Shown: piece after piece, positions 49,160 to 58,842 of the stretch
Layout of the letters: each line of letters opens with the position of its first letter
How positions within the stretch are numbered: the stretch's first letter is position 1
NCBI GenBank assembly: GCA_964607485.1
Contig: CAZSKP010000001.1
Location: 96,001 to 160,000, forward strand
Direction: 5' to 3'
Length of the DNA stretch: 64,000 nucleotides
Source: an uncultured bacterium
Lineage (GTDB): Bacteria; Abyssobacteria; SURF-5
Made by a program: the position numbers and the translations under genes
Notes under the pieces: generated by a model
Told to the model about the DNA's origin: nothing
The model's database searches: none
What the model saw: the letters and a program-made list of their open reading frames with translations, nothing else

Positions 49160-51043
49160 ATGAAAAGAACAAGCAGACTGGTCGTTTCTCTTGGAATACT
49201 GGCTGTCTCGCTCTGTATGCTTATCACGGCCAGTCAGTCATCTTTCGGAAGCGAGGGCGAGGGAAGCCGGAAGCGGAGCTTCTTGAAGGCGGACCTGCAT
49301 TGGAAGTTCTATGACCTTCTCGATAAATTCGACAAACACTTCAAGCTGCCTCTTAAGAAAATCAAGAACGGGATGCCGGACAGGTACGATAAGGTGGAGA
49401 TCGAGAAGAATGTTCGAATCCCGATGCGTGACGGCGTCGAGCTTTGTGCCAACGTTTACAGGCCGAAAACCGGCGGGAAATTTCCGGTCATTCTGACGAG
49501 GCTGCCTTACGGCAAGGACGAGTATTATTGCTCCATGCCTGCCGTGGGAAAATTCTGGGCCAAAAAAGGATATGTTTTCGTCGCTCAGGACGTTCGGGGA
49601 AAATTTTGCTCCGAAGGCGAGTTCGAGCCTCTCATCAATGAGGTTGAAGACGGATACGACACGCTCGATTGGATTTCAAAGCAGCCGTGGTGCGATGGCA
49701 ACATCGGGATGGAAGGAGAGTCGTATTTCGGCTACACAACCTGGGCCGCCGCGGTGAGCGGTCACCCAAGCCTGAAATGCATCTCGCCGATGGACACCGC
49801 GATGAATTTCCATGAGGTGATATTCCAAAATGGCGCGCTCGCACTCCAGACGGCGGGGCTGTATCCAATCCTAATGCATGGAAAAACGTACCAGAATGTG
49901 TTGCGTCTCGACCGAATGCATCTCCCCCTCATAACGATGGACGATGCTGCCGGCATCCCCACCCCAAGTTACGACACGCTCCTCAAGCATCCGTTTCGGG
50001 ATGAGGTCACCGAACAGTACAATCTGCGCAACAGACGAGAGCGCGTAGAGATTCCGATGCTTGTCGTGGCGGGCTGGTACGATGTGTTTCTCAAGACGAC
50101 CATTGATGACTGGTTCGTGCAAAGGCAGCGGAACATGCATACTGAAGCGAAAGGAAAACAATGGATACTCATATGTCCCTTCGACCACGAGTCAACGCCG
50201 GCGGGGACAAATCGGATAGGCAGGCTGGACATTGGCAATAAGAGCGCCACGACGATCTGGGAGATGAGACAGGAGTTCTATGACAAGTATCTGAAAGGAA
50301 TCGATAACGGCTTCGAAAAGAAACCACCGGTTCGGATTTTCGTCATCGGTGACAACGACTGGCGATATGAAAGCGAGTGGCCTCTGGCCCGGACGCAATA
50401 CGCGGATTACTACCTTCACAGCAATGGGAGCGCGAACACGTTGGGCGGAGACGGTGCCCTGAATCCGAGCGAGTCCATCGATGAGCCGTTTGACTCGTAT
50501 GTGTACGACCCTAAGGACCCTGTAAGAATCCACTATAATATTGATGTCTGGTCACTGGCTGCACAGATGAAGGATAGGCATCCTGTAGAGAAGAGAAAAG
50601 ACGTTCTCGTTTACACCAGCGTGCCTCTGGAGAAAGATACGGAGATCACCGGTCCGATTACGGTCACGCTTTTTGCCGCGTCATCGGCTGTGGACACGGA
50701 TTTTACCGCTGCCCTGATCGATGTTTTCCCGAATGGATATCTGCACTTGCTCCAGGAAGGTATACAGCGGGCGAGCTACCGCGAATCCGACAGAGAGCCG
50801 ACCTTTCTCCAGCCCGAAAAGATCTATCGGTACAACATCGATCTCTGGGCGACAAGTTATGTTCTGAAAGCCGGCCACAAGGTGCGCGTCGAAATATCAA
50901 GCAGCAACTTCGACCGATTCGACCGCAATCTGAACACGGGCGCCGAATTCGGCATGACTTCGGAAACGGTTAAAGCAACCCAGAATATCTACCACAGCGA
51001 GGAATACCCGTCGCACATAACTTTGCCGGTTATTCCGAGATGA
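49160..51043 (+). CDS. CocE/NonD family serine hydrolase, likely exported
   Basis: MRDGVEL, TRLPYGK, QDVRG, GESYFG nucleophile, GWYD, ISSSNF; signal-like N-terminus. Confidence 0.93.
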   Translation: MKRTSRLVVSLGILAVSLCMLITASQSSFGSEGEGSRKRSFLKADLHWKFYDLLDKFDKHFKLPLKKIKNGMPDRYDKVEIEKNVRIPMRDGVELCANVYRPKTGGKFPVILTRLPYGKDEYYCSMPAVGKFWAKKGYVFVAQDVRGKFCSEGEFEPLINEVEDGYDTLDWISKQPWCDGNIGMEGESYFGYTTWAAAVSGHPSLKCISPMDTAMNFHEVIFQNGALALQTAGLYPILMHGKTYQNVLRLDRMHLPLITMDDAAGIPTPSYDTLLKHPFRDEVTEQYNLRNRRERVEIPMLVVAGWYDVFLKTTIDDWFVQRQRNMHTEAKGKQWILICPFDHESTPAGTNRIGRLDIGNKSATTIWEMRQEFYDKYLKGIDNGFEKKPPVRIFVIGDNDWRYESEWPLARTQYADYYLHSNGSANTLGGDGALNPSESIDEPFDSYVYDPKDPVRIHYNIDVWSLAAQMKDRHPVEKRKDVLVYTSVPLEKDTEITGPITVTLFAASSAVDTDFTAALIDVFPNGYLHLLQEGIQRASYRESDREPTFLQPEKIYRYNIDLWATSYVLKAGHKVRVEISSSNFDRFDRNLNTGAEFGMTSETVKATQNIYHSEEYPSHITLPVIPR

Positions 51044-51115
51044 CCAGCTCTGCGCACGCTCGACGGCTGTCGTTCTTCAGCGACCGCTCCACCAAACCGA
51101 AAAAGGGTCGGGCAT

Positions 51116-51145
51116 TTGATAATTCTCACCCGGATGATATATACT
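51116..51145 (+). promoter_or_regulatory. Possible sigma70 promoter of the oxidoreductase operon
   Basis: TTGATA-N18-TATACT. Confidence 0.4.
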
Positions 51146-51356
51146 GCGTTGGTAAGGTGACGCAGGATAAGAAGCGCAGCGCAAGGTGTCACGAGGAACG
51201 CGCATTCGAAGATGCGCAAGAGCGCACCAGGATGTAATCAACCCTGATTGGATTGCCCTGATGCCTTCCTGCCCGGTCGAAGTGAGGTCTCGTCCCTATT
51301 CCTGAATGGTCCCGGTTCAAAATCAGTAGATTGCCGTTAGTGGAACCAGGAAGCTT

Positions 51357-52994
51357 ATGAAAGAGAAACACGTCCGGCGAGAAGAACTGGTTGTCGCTCC
51401 ATGCAGCGAGGCATGCCCGGCCGGAATTGACGTGCCCAGATACATTCGAGCCATCAAGGAAGGAAAGTTCGACGAGGCTCTGGCCGTCATTCGAGAGCGG
51501 ATTCCGTTTCCTTCGATTTGCGGCTACGCATGCTACAGTCCATGCGAGGCCATGTGCGGCAATCGCCAGTTCGGCGAGCCGATTGCCATTCGCGGGTTGA
51601 AGAGGGCCGCCGCGGAACGAGGAGGCGACCTCTGGCGGAAGAGCCTTGCGATAGCACCCGATACCGGCAAGTGTGTGGCGGTAGTCGGGTCGGGCCCGAG
51701 CGGCCTGACCGCAGCCTACTATCTGGCGACGCTCGGCCACAAGGTGACCGTGATGGAAGCGCTTGAAGAGCCGGGCGGAATGATGCGCGTCGGCATTCCG
51801 GCGTATAGATTGCCCCGGGAAGCCTTGGACAGGGAGATCGGCTACCTGAGGGGAATCGGCGTTGAGATAAAGACGCGCATGCGAGTGGAAGCGGCCGACC
51901 GATTGTTTGAGCAGGGTTTCGACGCCGTCTATCTCGCCTGTGGCGCGCATCGGGGAACCACGCTCGGCATTCCCGGAGAAGATTCGCCGGGGGTAATTGA
52001 CGGCATCTCGTTCCTCAGAGAGGTCAACGAGGGGAAGACGGTCGCCGTTGGAAAGCGCGTGGCCGTTATCGGCGGCGGAAATACGGCCGTGGACGCCGCC
52101 CGCTGCGCGATTCGCCTGGGCGCCGGAGAGACGACCCTCATATACCGCAGGTCACGCGTCGAAATGACCGCATACGAAGAAGAGCTTGGCAGCGCGGTCT
52201 TCGAAGGGGTGACTCTGCATTTTCTCGCGACCCCGGTTCGTATCTCGCGCAAGGATACGGGACTGGAAGTAACGCTGACCCGCATGGAGCTGGGAAAACC
52301 CGATGCGAGCGGCCGGCGTAGCCCCGTCCCGATAAAGGACAGCGAATTCATCATGGAATTCGACACGGTGATCGTCGCCATCGGGCAGACGCCCGACATT
52401 CCGAAAAGCATGGGCGTCGCTCTGAATGAGAAGAATACCGTCGCGGCAGACGCTGAAACATTGGAGACGAACCGGCGAGGCGTGTTCGCGGGCGGAGACA
52501 TGGTTACCGGCCCGGCCTCCATCATCGAGGCTATCGCATGCGGGAGGAAGGCGGCGGCGTCCATAGACAAGTTTCTTGGCGGAACAGGACTGATAGACCA
52601 GGACCTCGCACCCGCCGAGGACGAAGTGGTGGTGATGGAATACGAGGCGCAGGACCAATCACGCATGTCTGTCCCTTGCGCGCCCCTCACAGACCGAGCG
52701 GTCGGCTTCCAGCCGGTCGAGGCCGGGTTGACCGAAGAGATGGCCGTCAGAGAGGCGGGGAGATGCAGGAGCTGCGACGCACGGCAATTTGACATAGCGG
52801 TTCACGCGGAGGGATGCAAGGAGTGCGGCTACTGCGTGGAAGTATGCGGTCTGGATGTGTTTGAGTTCGAGCAGAAGTTCAACAAGCGCGGATACAGACC
52901 CATCCTCGCCAAACATCGGGAAAGGTGCGTGGGATGCATGCTGTGCTTCTTCGCATGCCCTGATTTCTCAATCGATATTGCCGAAAAGAAATAA
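51357..52994 (+). CDS. GltD/NfnB-like FAD/NAD(P)H Fe-S oxidoreductase fused to a 2[4Fe-4S] ferredoxin
   Basis: APC..ACP, CG.AC..PCE..C, GSGPSG, GIPAYRLP, GGGNTAVD, YRR; C-terminal CKECGYCVEVC and CVGCMLCFFACP. Confidence 0.9.
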   Translation: MKEKHVRREELVVAPCSEACPAGIDVPRYIRAIKEGKFDEALAVIRERIPFPSICGYACYSPCEAMCGNRQFGEPIAIRGLKRAAAERGGDLWRKSLAIAPDTGKCVAVVGSGPSGLTAAYYLATLGHKVTVMEALEEPGGMMRVGIPAYRLPREALDREIGYLRGIGVEIKTRMRVEAADRLFEQGFDAVYLACGAHRGTTLGIPGEDSPGVIDGISFLREVNEGKTVAVGKRVAVIGGGNTAVDAARCAIRLGAGETTLIYRRSRVEMTAYEEELGSAVFEGVTLHFLATPVRISRKDTGLEVTLTRMELGKPDASGRRSPVPIKDSEFIMEFDTVIVAIGQTPDIPKSMGVALNEKNTVAADAETLETNRRGVFAGGDMVTGPASIIEAIACGRKAAASIDKFLGGTGLIDQDLAPAEDEVVVMEYEAQDQSRMSVPCAPLTDRAVGFQPVEAGLTEEMAVREAGRCRSCDARQFDIAVHAEGCKECGYCVEVCGLDVFEFEQKFNKRGYRPILAKHRERCVGCMLCFFACPDFSIDIAEKK

Positions 52995-53030
52995 GCTCGA
53001 AAGAATTCGTATGAAAAGCGGACAGCATTC

Positions 53031-54203
53031 ATGAAACGTTATTTGGAGACGGGAAATTTCGCCGTGGCGCAGGCAGCCATCATGGCAGGCTGCGGAGCGT
53101 TCTGCGGCTACCCCATTACCCCCGCAACCGAGATAGCCGAGTCCATGTCGAAGCTCCTGCCGCGGTCGGGCGGATATTACGTTCAGGCGGAGGACGAGAC
53201 GGCCGCAATGCATCTGGCAATCGGCGCATCCCTCGGCGGGATGAAAGCCATGACTGCTACTTCCGGGCCCGGCTTCATTCTGTACGCCGACCCCTACGGC
53301 TGGGCCATCGGGTGCGAAATACCGCTCGTCGTACTGAACGCTCAGAGGGTGGGGCCGGTGAGCGGCATCACCGGCGCTCCCGGACAGGGCGAATTCTACC
53401 TGAGCCGCTATGTCACGCAGGGCGGCAACTTCGAGACGATAGTGCTCGCGCCAAGCACCGCTCAGGAAGCGTTCTCGCTGACGGTGGAGGCTTTCTATCT
53501 TTCCGAACGGTTCCGCACTCCCGTGACCATTCTGGCCGACCAGTTGATAACGGACGGCTGGGAGGACATCAGCATTCCCGAGACGGACAAGGAAAAGCAG
53601 GCGATGGGACTCAGGTTCGCCGAAAGAAAAGTGAACCCGGGACCTGTGTTCTATCCTCCCACGGACGAGATAGACATTCCTCCTGTTGTCCTGGGCAAGC
53701 ACACCGGCGCGCTCTGTTCCGACTGGACTCCGACCGAGGAAGGCTACGACATCGAGACCGTCGAGGCGCAGCACAAGCACGCGTACCGACTGATCTACAA
53801 GATACGCAATCACAAGGATATCATCACGCGGTATGAAACGCTTTTCCTCGACGACGACCCGGAGCTCATTGTCGTGTCTTACGGAACGCCCTCGAGGGTC
53901 GTGAAGACGGCCGTCAAGCAGGCGAGGGAAAAAGGCCGGAAGATCGGCATGATCAGGCCCATCACCCTGTGGCCGTTCCCCGACGAGCTGTTTAAGGCGA
54001 AGGCCGCGTATCTTTCGGTCGAACTGAATTATGACGGTCAGATGGTCCGAGAAGTGCAGAGAGCGACTCCGCACGACAGCAAAGTTCATTTCTTCGGCAA
54101 ATGCGGCGAGCTGCCCACGGTGGCCGAGCTGCACGACGTCTTCGACAAGCTTTTGGACGGCCGGCCGCTTCAGCGTCGGGAGTGGGAAACGGAGGCATGG
54201 TAA
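53031..54203 (+). CDS. 2-oxoacid:ferredoxin oxidoreductase alpha subunit
   Basis: GYPITPATE, QAEDE, TATSGPG, RPITLWPFP, ELNYDGQM. Confidence 0.93.
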   Translation: MKRYLETGNFAVAQAAIMAGCGAFCGYPITPATEIAESMSKLLPRSGGYYVQAEDETAAMHLAIGASLGGMKAMTATSGPGFILYADPYGWAIGCEIPLVVLNAQRVGPVSGITGAPGQGEFYLSRYVTQGGNFETIVLAPSTAQEAFSLTVEAFYLSERFRTPVTILADQLITDGWEDISIPETDKEKQAMGLRFAERKVNPGPVFYPPTDEIDIPPVVLGKHTGALCSDWTPTEEGYDIETVEAQHKHAYRLIYKIRNHKDIITRYETLFLDDDPELIVVSYGTPSRVVKTAVKQAREKGRKIGMIRPITLWPFPDELFKAKAAYLSVELNYDGQMVREVQRATPHDSKVHFFGKCGELPTVAELHDVFDKLLDGRPLQRREWETEAW

Positions 54204-55037
54204 GTGGACTACCTAGCGAGAAAACATCTGCGGTCGAGGAAAATACCGAGCACGGCGTGCTCGGGTTGCGGCCTCGGCCAGTGTCATAAGGCGCTGGTCA
54301 AGGCGATCGACGACCTTGGATACACTCGCAACGATATCGTCTGGGGGACATCCATCGGCTGCGCGGGCAGGCAGACGTTCGGCACATGGAGTGGCGACAG
54401 CTTTGCCGGAACTCACGGCCGCGTGTATGCGATCGCGCGAGGGCTCAGGCTTGCGCTGGCTCCGGAGAAGAAGATCGTCCTGTCCGTCGGCGACGGAGAC
54501 GCGTTCGGAATAGGCTTCAATCATCTTCTTCACGCGGCGAGAACGAACGCGCAGATGACCGTCATGGTATGCGATAATCTGGGCTACCAGTCCACCGGCG
54601 GGCAGTATGGCTGGACGACGCCGCAGGGAATCGTCACGGACAGCAGTCCCTACGGCATGTTCGAGCCGAACTGGGTCCAGCCGGAAAGGGACGTGCTGAT
54701 GATCGTGAAAGAGGCGGGCGCGACTTTCCTGGCGAGGCACGTGAGCATGGACGGGGCCGCCCTGGTGGAAACGCTCAGGAAGGCGATTCTGAATAACGGC
54801 TTTTCGCTGGTGCATGTCGTCTATCCGTGTACGACAAACTTCGGCAAGAATGCGCTGGGCTCGAGAAACGCCGTCGAGATATTTAAATGGATAAAGAGCC
54901 ACGCCGCTCCCCTGGGCAAGGAGAACGAGAACACCTTCTGGCGAACCGGCATATATTTTGATGCGAGCAATTCTAGGCCCGAATTTTCGCAGATGATGCG
55001 GGAAAAAGTCGCGGAGGTCCGCAAGAGAACGTCATGA
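54204..55037 (+). CDS. 2-oxoacid:ferredoxin oxidoreductase beta subunit (TPP-binding)
   Basis: CSGCG, IGC, THGR, GDGD..N, TGGQ. Confidence 0.92.
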   Translation: MDYLARKHLRSRKIPSTACSGCGLGQCHKALVKAIDDLGYTRNDIVWGTSIGCAGRQTFGTWSGDSFAGTHGRVYAIARGLRLALAPEKKIVLSVGDGDAFGIGFNHLLHAARTNAQMTVMVCDNLGYQSTGGQYGWTTPQGIVTDSSPYGMFEPNWVQPERDVLMIVKEAGATFLARHVSMDGAALVETLRKAILNNGFSLVHVVYPCTTNFGKNALGSRNAVEIFKWIKSHAAPLGKENENTFWRTGIYFDASNSRPEFSQMMREKVAEVRKRTS

Positions 55038-55567
55038 AGGAACGAACCGAGATACTCGCGAGCGGATTCGGCGGCCAGGGAGTCGTCAGGCTCGGCCAGA
55101 TCATCGGAGAGGCGGGCGTGAGGCAAGGCCTGCATGTCGCCATGCTCAAAAGCCACGGGACCGAGATGCGCGGAGGATATGTGAGAAGCCAGGTGGTGCT
55201 GTCCAGGGACGTCATCGACAGCCCCATCTGCGAATCGCCCGACTGCTTCATCGCTTTGTCAGGCGCGGCCTACAACCAGTTCAAGCATCTCATGCCGGCC
55301 GATGGCATCATCTTGTATGACCCCGCCTTTCTGGATGAGACGGACGCGGAGCTCAAGTGTCCGCAAAAGGCGATCCCGGCAAACGAACTGTCCGCAAACA
55401 ATTTCGGCAACCCGCTTTTTGCGAATTCCATCGTTCTCGGAGCCGTCGCCAGGCTCGTGGACGTATTGGACAAAGAGGTACTGCTGCAAAGCCTTCTGCA
55501 CGTCATGCCGAAGTTCCACCAACAGAACGCGGAGGCGTTTCAAATCGGATACGACTATGAACGCTGA
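55034..55567 (+). CDS. 2-oxoacid:ferredoxin oxidoreductase gamma subunit
   Basis: SGFGGQGV, EMRGG, ANSIVLGA. Confidence 0.92.
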   Translation: MKERTEILASGFGGQGVVRLGQIIGEAGVRQGLHVAMLKSHGTEMRGGYVRSQVVLSRDVIDSPICESPDCFIALSGAAYNQFKHLMPADGIILYDPAFLDETDAELKCPQKAIPANELSANNFGNPLFANSIVLGAVARLVDVLDKEVLLQSLLHVMPKFHQQNAEAFQIGYDYER

Positions 55568-55618
55568 CCGGCCGGGCGCCGCCGCAGCTTCACGTATCGA
55601 GTAAACGGTTCCATTCAC

Positions 55619-57133
55619 ATGCGCACTATCAGACACATCATCGATGAAAGAGCAGACCTTCATCCCGATAAGGTCTATCTGCTCGCGCCCGAGGCGGGCC
55701 TGACGCTCACCTATGGCCGGTTGAGGGACGACTCGCTCGCGCTTGGCAGGTATTTGATGAAGCTGGGGCTCAGGAAGGGCGACAAGCTTTCGTATATGAT
55801 GGGCAACGGGTATCAGACCGCGAAAATCTTCCTCGGCGCCATGTATTCGGGATTCACGATAGCGCCTCTCAATCTCATGACGCAGTCGTCTCAGCTCGAG
55901 TATGTGCTCGCTCACTCCGACACGCGGCTCGTGTTCTTCACGAAGGAGCAAGAGGAAAAGCTGGGGAACGCCGCGGGCCGCGTGGATCGCCGCATAGAAC
56001 TTCTCAAGATCGACAACGATGCCGAAAACATCCTCCCCGCCAGGGAAGACCTCTCGGGCTTTGTTCTTCCGGAAGTGACCGAAGAAGATGATGCACTCCT
56101 GCTGTACACCTCCGGCACCACCGGCAAGCCGAAGGGCGTGGTCCTCTCTCACAAGAACATGGTCGCGGGAGGCCAATACACGGCCATGGCCCACGAACTC
56201 GGTCCGGACGACAGGGCCCTATGTTCGCTGCCCGTCTATCACATCAACGGCGCCGTGGTGACTGTGGTCGCGCCGCTGGTGAGCGGAGGAAGCGTGGTCA
56301 TGCCTCACAGGTTCAGCGTTTCAAGTTTCTGGCGGCTGCTCTCGGATTATCGCTGCACATGGTTCAGCGTGGTGCCCACCATCATTTCCTACCTTCAGAG
56401 CGCGACACAGCCTCAGGGAGCGGATCTCAACCTCGAGCAGGTGCGTTTCGGCCGTTCGGCCTCGTCGGCCCTGCCACCCGTTCTTCACAGGGCGTTCGAG
56501 GAGAAATTCAAGATTCCGCTCATTGAAACGATGGGGCTTACCGAAACGGCCGCGCCTGTGTTCTCCAACGCCCTCGACCCATCGGGAAGAAAGTACGGCT
56601 CGCCGGGGTGTCCGGTCGGGAACGAGGCGAAAATCGTTGACGAAAACGGCAGTGAGGCGCCTCGCGGCACTCATGGGGAGATCATGGTCCGGGGAGATAA
56701 TGTGATGAAGGGGTATTATAAGGCTCCGGACCTTACCGCAAAGAATATCGAGCCGGATGGATGGCTGCATACGGGCGATGTCGGATACATGGACAAGAAC
56801 GGCTTTGTCTTCGTTACGGGCCGGATCAAAGAGCTCATCATAAAGGGCGGGGAAAACATCGCGCCCAGAGAAATCGACGAAGCGCTTTATAGCCATCCCG
56901 CGGTATTGGATTGCGCCGCAGTCGGCATTCCCGACGGACACTACGGCGAGGAAATCATGTGCTGCGTGGTGCTGAAACCTGACTGCCGGGCAACGGAAGA
57001 GGAATTGCGAAGCCACTGCCTGCAGGCTCTGGGCGAATTCAAGACCCCGAAGGTCATAAAATTCCTCGAAAGCCTTCCCAAGGGACCATCGGGAAAGATT
57101 CAGCGCATAAAACTCCGCGAACTCGCTCAGTAA
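55619..57133 (+). CDS. AMP-forming acyl-CoA ligase (SauT / oxalate--CoA ligase-like)
   Basis: YTSGTTGKPKG, GLTE, TGD, GRIKELIIKGGENI, SGKIQR; RSASSALP. Confidence 0.9.
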   Translation: MRTIRHIIDERADLHPDKVYLLAPEAGLTLTYGRLRDDSLALGRYLMKLGLRKGDKLSYMMGNGYQTAKIFLGAMYSGFTIAPLNLMTQSSQLEYVLAHSDTRLVFFTKEQEEKLGNAAGRVDRRIELLKIDNDAENILPAREDLSGFVLPEVTEEDDALLLYTSGTTGKPKGVVLSHKNMVAGGQYTAMAHELGPDDRALCSLPVYHINGAVVTVVAPLVSGGSVVMPHRFSVSSFWRLLSDYRCTWFSVVPTIISYLQSATQPQGADLNLEQVRFGRSASSALPPVLHRAFEEKFKIPLIETMGLTETAAPVFSNALDPSGRKYGSPGCPVGNEAKIVDENGSEAPRGTHGEIMVRGDNVMKGYYKAPDLTAKNIEPDGWLHTGDVGYMDKNGFVFVTGRIKELIIKGGENIAPREIDEALYSHPAVLDCAAVGIPDGHYGEEIMCCVVLKPDCRATEEELRSHCLQALGEFKTPKVIKFLESLPKGPSGKIQRIKLRELAQ

Positions 57134-57274
57134 ATTCTCCGGTCAAGCAATACCCTCGGCCACCGGTCATTGCCGCGCGGGCAAGCTCTCACCGGGAGAC
57201 AAAGCTCACTGAGAATCTTCCCCTCTTCCTTGTCTCTGAGCTCTCCGTGACCTCTGTGGCCAAACCTCCGCGCT

Positions 57275-57649
57275 TTACACCCTCCCGCCTTCCTGCGTCA
57301 GCTCTATCATCACGTTGTCGGGGCCGGCCACGAACGCGATCTTCACGCCTTCTCCCAGGCTCATCGGTTCCAGCATAAACTCCGCGCCCCTTTTCTTGAG
57401 TTCGGCGGCTGCCGCGTCGAGGTCGGCCACCCTGAACCCGAGGTGGTCGACCGACGTGCCCGCAGGCGGCCCGCTCGGCGGCTTGTCGTTGATAAGCAGG
57501 TGTGTCCCATCGAAGTCCACGACGATCATGTGCGTTCCGGCGACCTCTAACTCCCCGAATTTCTTGCCGCCGAATGTCGCGATGTAAAAGTCCGCCGCCG
57601 CGTTGACATCGGCGGAATTCAGGTGGACGTGGTCGAACTCGAATTTCAT
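57275..57649 (-). CDS. VOC (glyoxalase) family protein
   Basis: DHVHL, DHLGFRV.D, GPDNVMIEL; AAGGAGG RBS. Confidence 0.9.
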   Translation of the reverse strand: MKFEFDHVHLNSADVNAAADFYIATFGGKKFGELEVAGTHMIVVDFDGTHLLINDKPPSGPPAGTSVDHLGFRVADLDAAAAELKKRGAEFMLEPMSLGEGVKIAFVAGPDNVMIELTQEGGRV

Positions 57650-57905
57650 GCGTGTTCCTCCTTGGAGCTGCCTGTGCCTGAAGAAAGGTTGTTGGCGGGC
57701 CGCATTGTAACAGATGCGGGGCGAGCGAGTCAATTTTTCCTGTTTTTTCGGGCAAATATCGGAAATCTGTGCCGTGTGGGGCTATGTGGGGAATCGCATG
57801 CCTTTCCGGAGCCACGAGATTCCCGCCGTCGGACAGCCTGAGAATTTGCCATAAGTTGTTGAGTCATAGTATGTAAGGAAATGTGAGGATTGTGTGAGAA
57901 AGTTC

Positions 57906-57970
57906 TTGACAGTCGAGGGGCCCTGTGGTACAATGTGGGTTCAAGAGATAGGTCAGTGGGGAAATATGGG
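57906..57970 (+). promoter_or_regulatory. dcw promoter with MraZ-binding repeats
   Basis: TTGACA-N17-TACAAT (57906-57934); GTGG-type boxes about 10 bp apart at 57925, 57935, 57956, 57966, and a pair at 57776/57786. Confidence 0.75.
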
Positions 57971-57981
57971 GACTCCCTCAA

Positions 57982-58422
57982 TTGCTACTATTCTCCGGAA
58001 CCTACAAATACTCCCTTGACGAAAAAAATCGCCTGATCATTCCCGTCAAATTTCGGGAGATCCTCAGTGCCGAAGGCGTCGATAAACTGTACCTCGTCAA
58101 GGGAGATTCTCACCTCTACGTCTTCCCGCTTCCGGTTTTCGTCGAACTCTCCGAAAAACTCAAATCCTGGGACTTCACCAAAGAAGCCAATCAAGACTAT
58201 GTTCGACTGCTCTTCTCCGACGCGTTCGACGTCGTGCTCGACAAGCAAGGCAGGGTCATACTGCGCAAAGAGATGTGTGACGAAGTCGGCATCGACCGTG
58301 AGGCTATCATCGTCGGCGTCCTGAACCGAATGGAAATATGGTCGCCTGAGCGGTGGAAAGAATTCCGAGGAAAGTCCACCCTCCGGGGATTCTCTGCGAA
58401 TCTTGATGCACATTCGCAGTAA
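57982..58422 (+). CDS. mraZ: Transcriptional repressor MraZ
   Basis: LDEKNRLIIP.KFR, DKQGRV, VGVLNRMEIW. Confidence 0.95.
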   Translation: MLLFSGTYKYSLDEKNRLIIPVKFREILSAEGVDKLYLVKGDSHLYVFPLPVFVELSEKLKSWDFTKEANQDYVRLLFSDAFDVVLDKQGRVILRKEMCDEVGIDREAIIVGVLNRMEIWSPERWKEFRGKSTLRGFSANLDAHSQ

Positions 58423-58467
58423 TAATAGCAGAACTTGGGGCGAACAGTCAAAGGAGGACAAGCCAAA

Positions 58468-58842
58468 GTGGGAGTCGAATTCGAGAAAGTGGATCGCGAA
58501 CACGTATCGGTGCTGAAAATCTCGGGCAACCTCGACACCTCCACCTCCAAGCTCCTCAAGAAAGCCCTCACGGAACTCATCAGAGAGGAGCACTACAACA
58601 TCGTGGTGGACATGAAGAAGGTGGTGCAGATCAACTACATGGGGGTCGGCACGCTCCTCGAGCGACTGAGGCAGTTGCGAAGGCTCAGCGGCGACCTGAA
58701 GCTCGCGGGCCTGAACAGGGTCACCCGCAAGGCCCTCAGCATGGTTGGCGCGTCGAAGGTTTTCGAGACTTACGACACCGAAGATGACGCGGTAGCGAGT
58801 TTCGCGGTCAGGGAGGAAGACGCGAAGGCCGTTGGCGTCTGA
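58468..58842 (+). CDS. STAS domain (anti-sigma factor antagonist-like) protein
   Basis: LKISGNLD, IVVDMKKV.QINYMGVG.L, GDLKLAGL, FETYDTEDDAVASF; AAGGAGG RBS. Confidence 0.88.
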   Translation: MGVEFEKVDREHVSVLKISGNLDTSTSKLLKKALTELIREEHYNIVVDMKKVVQINYMGVGTLLERLRQLRRLSGDLKLAGLNRVTRKALSMVGASKVFETYDTEDDAVASFAVREEDAKAVGV

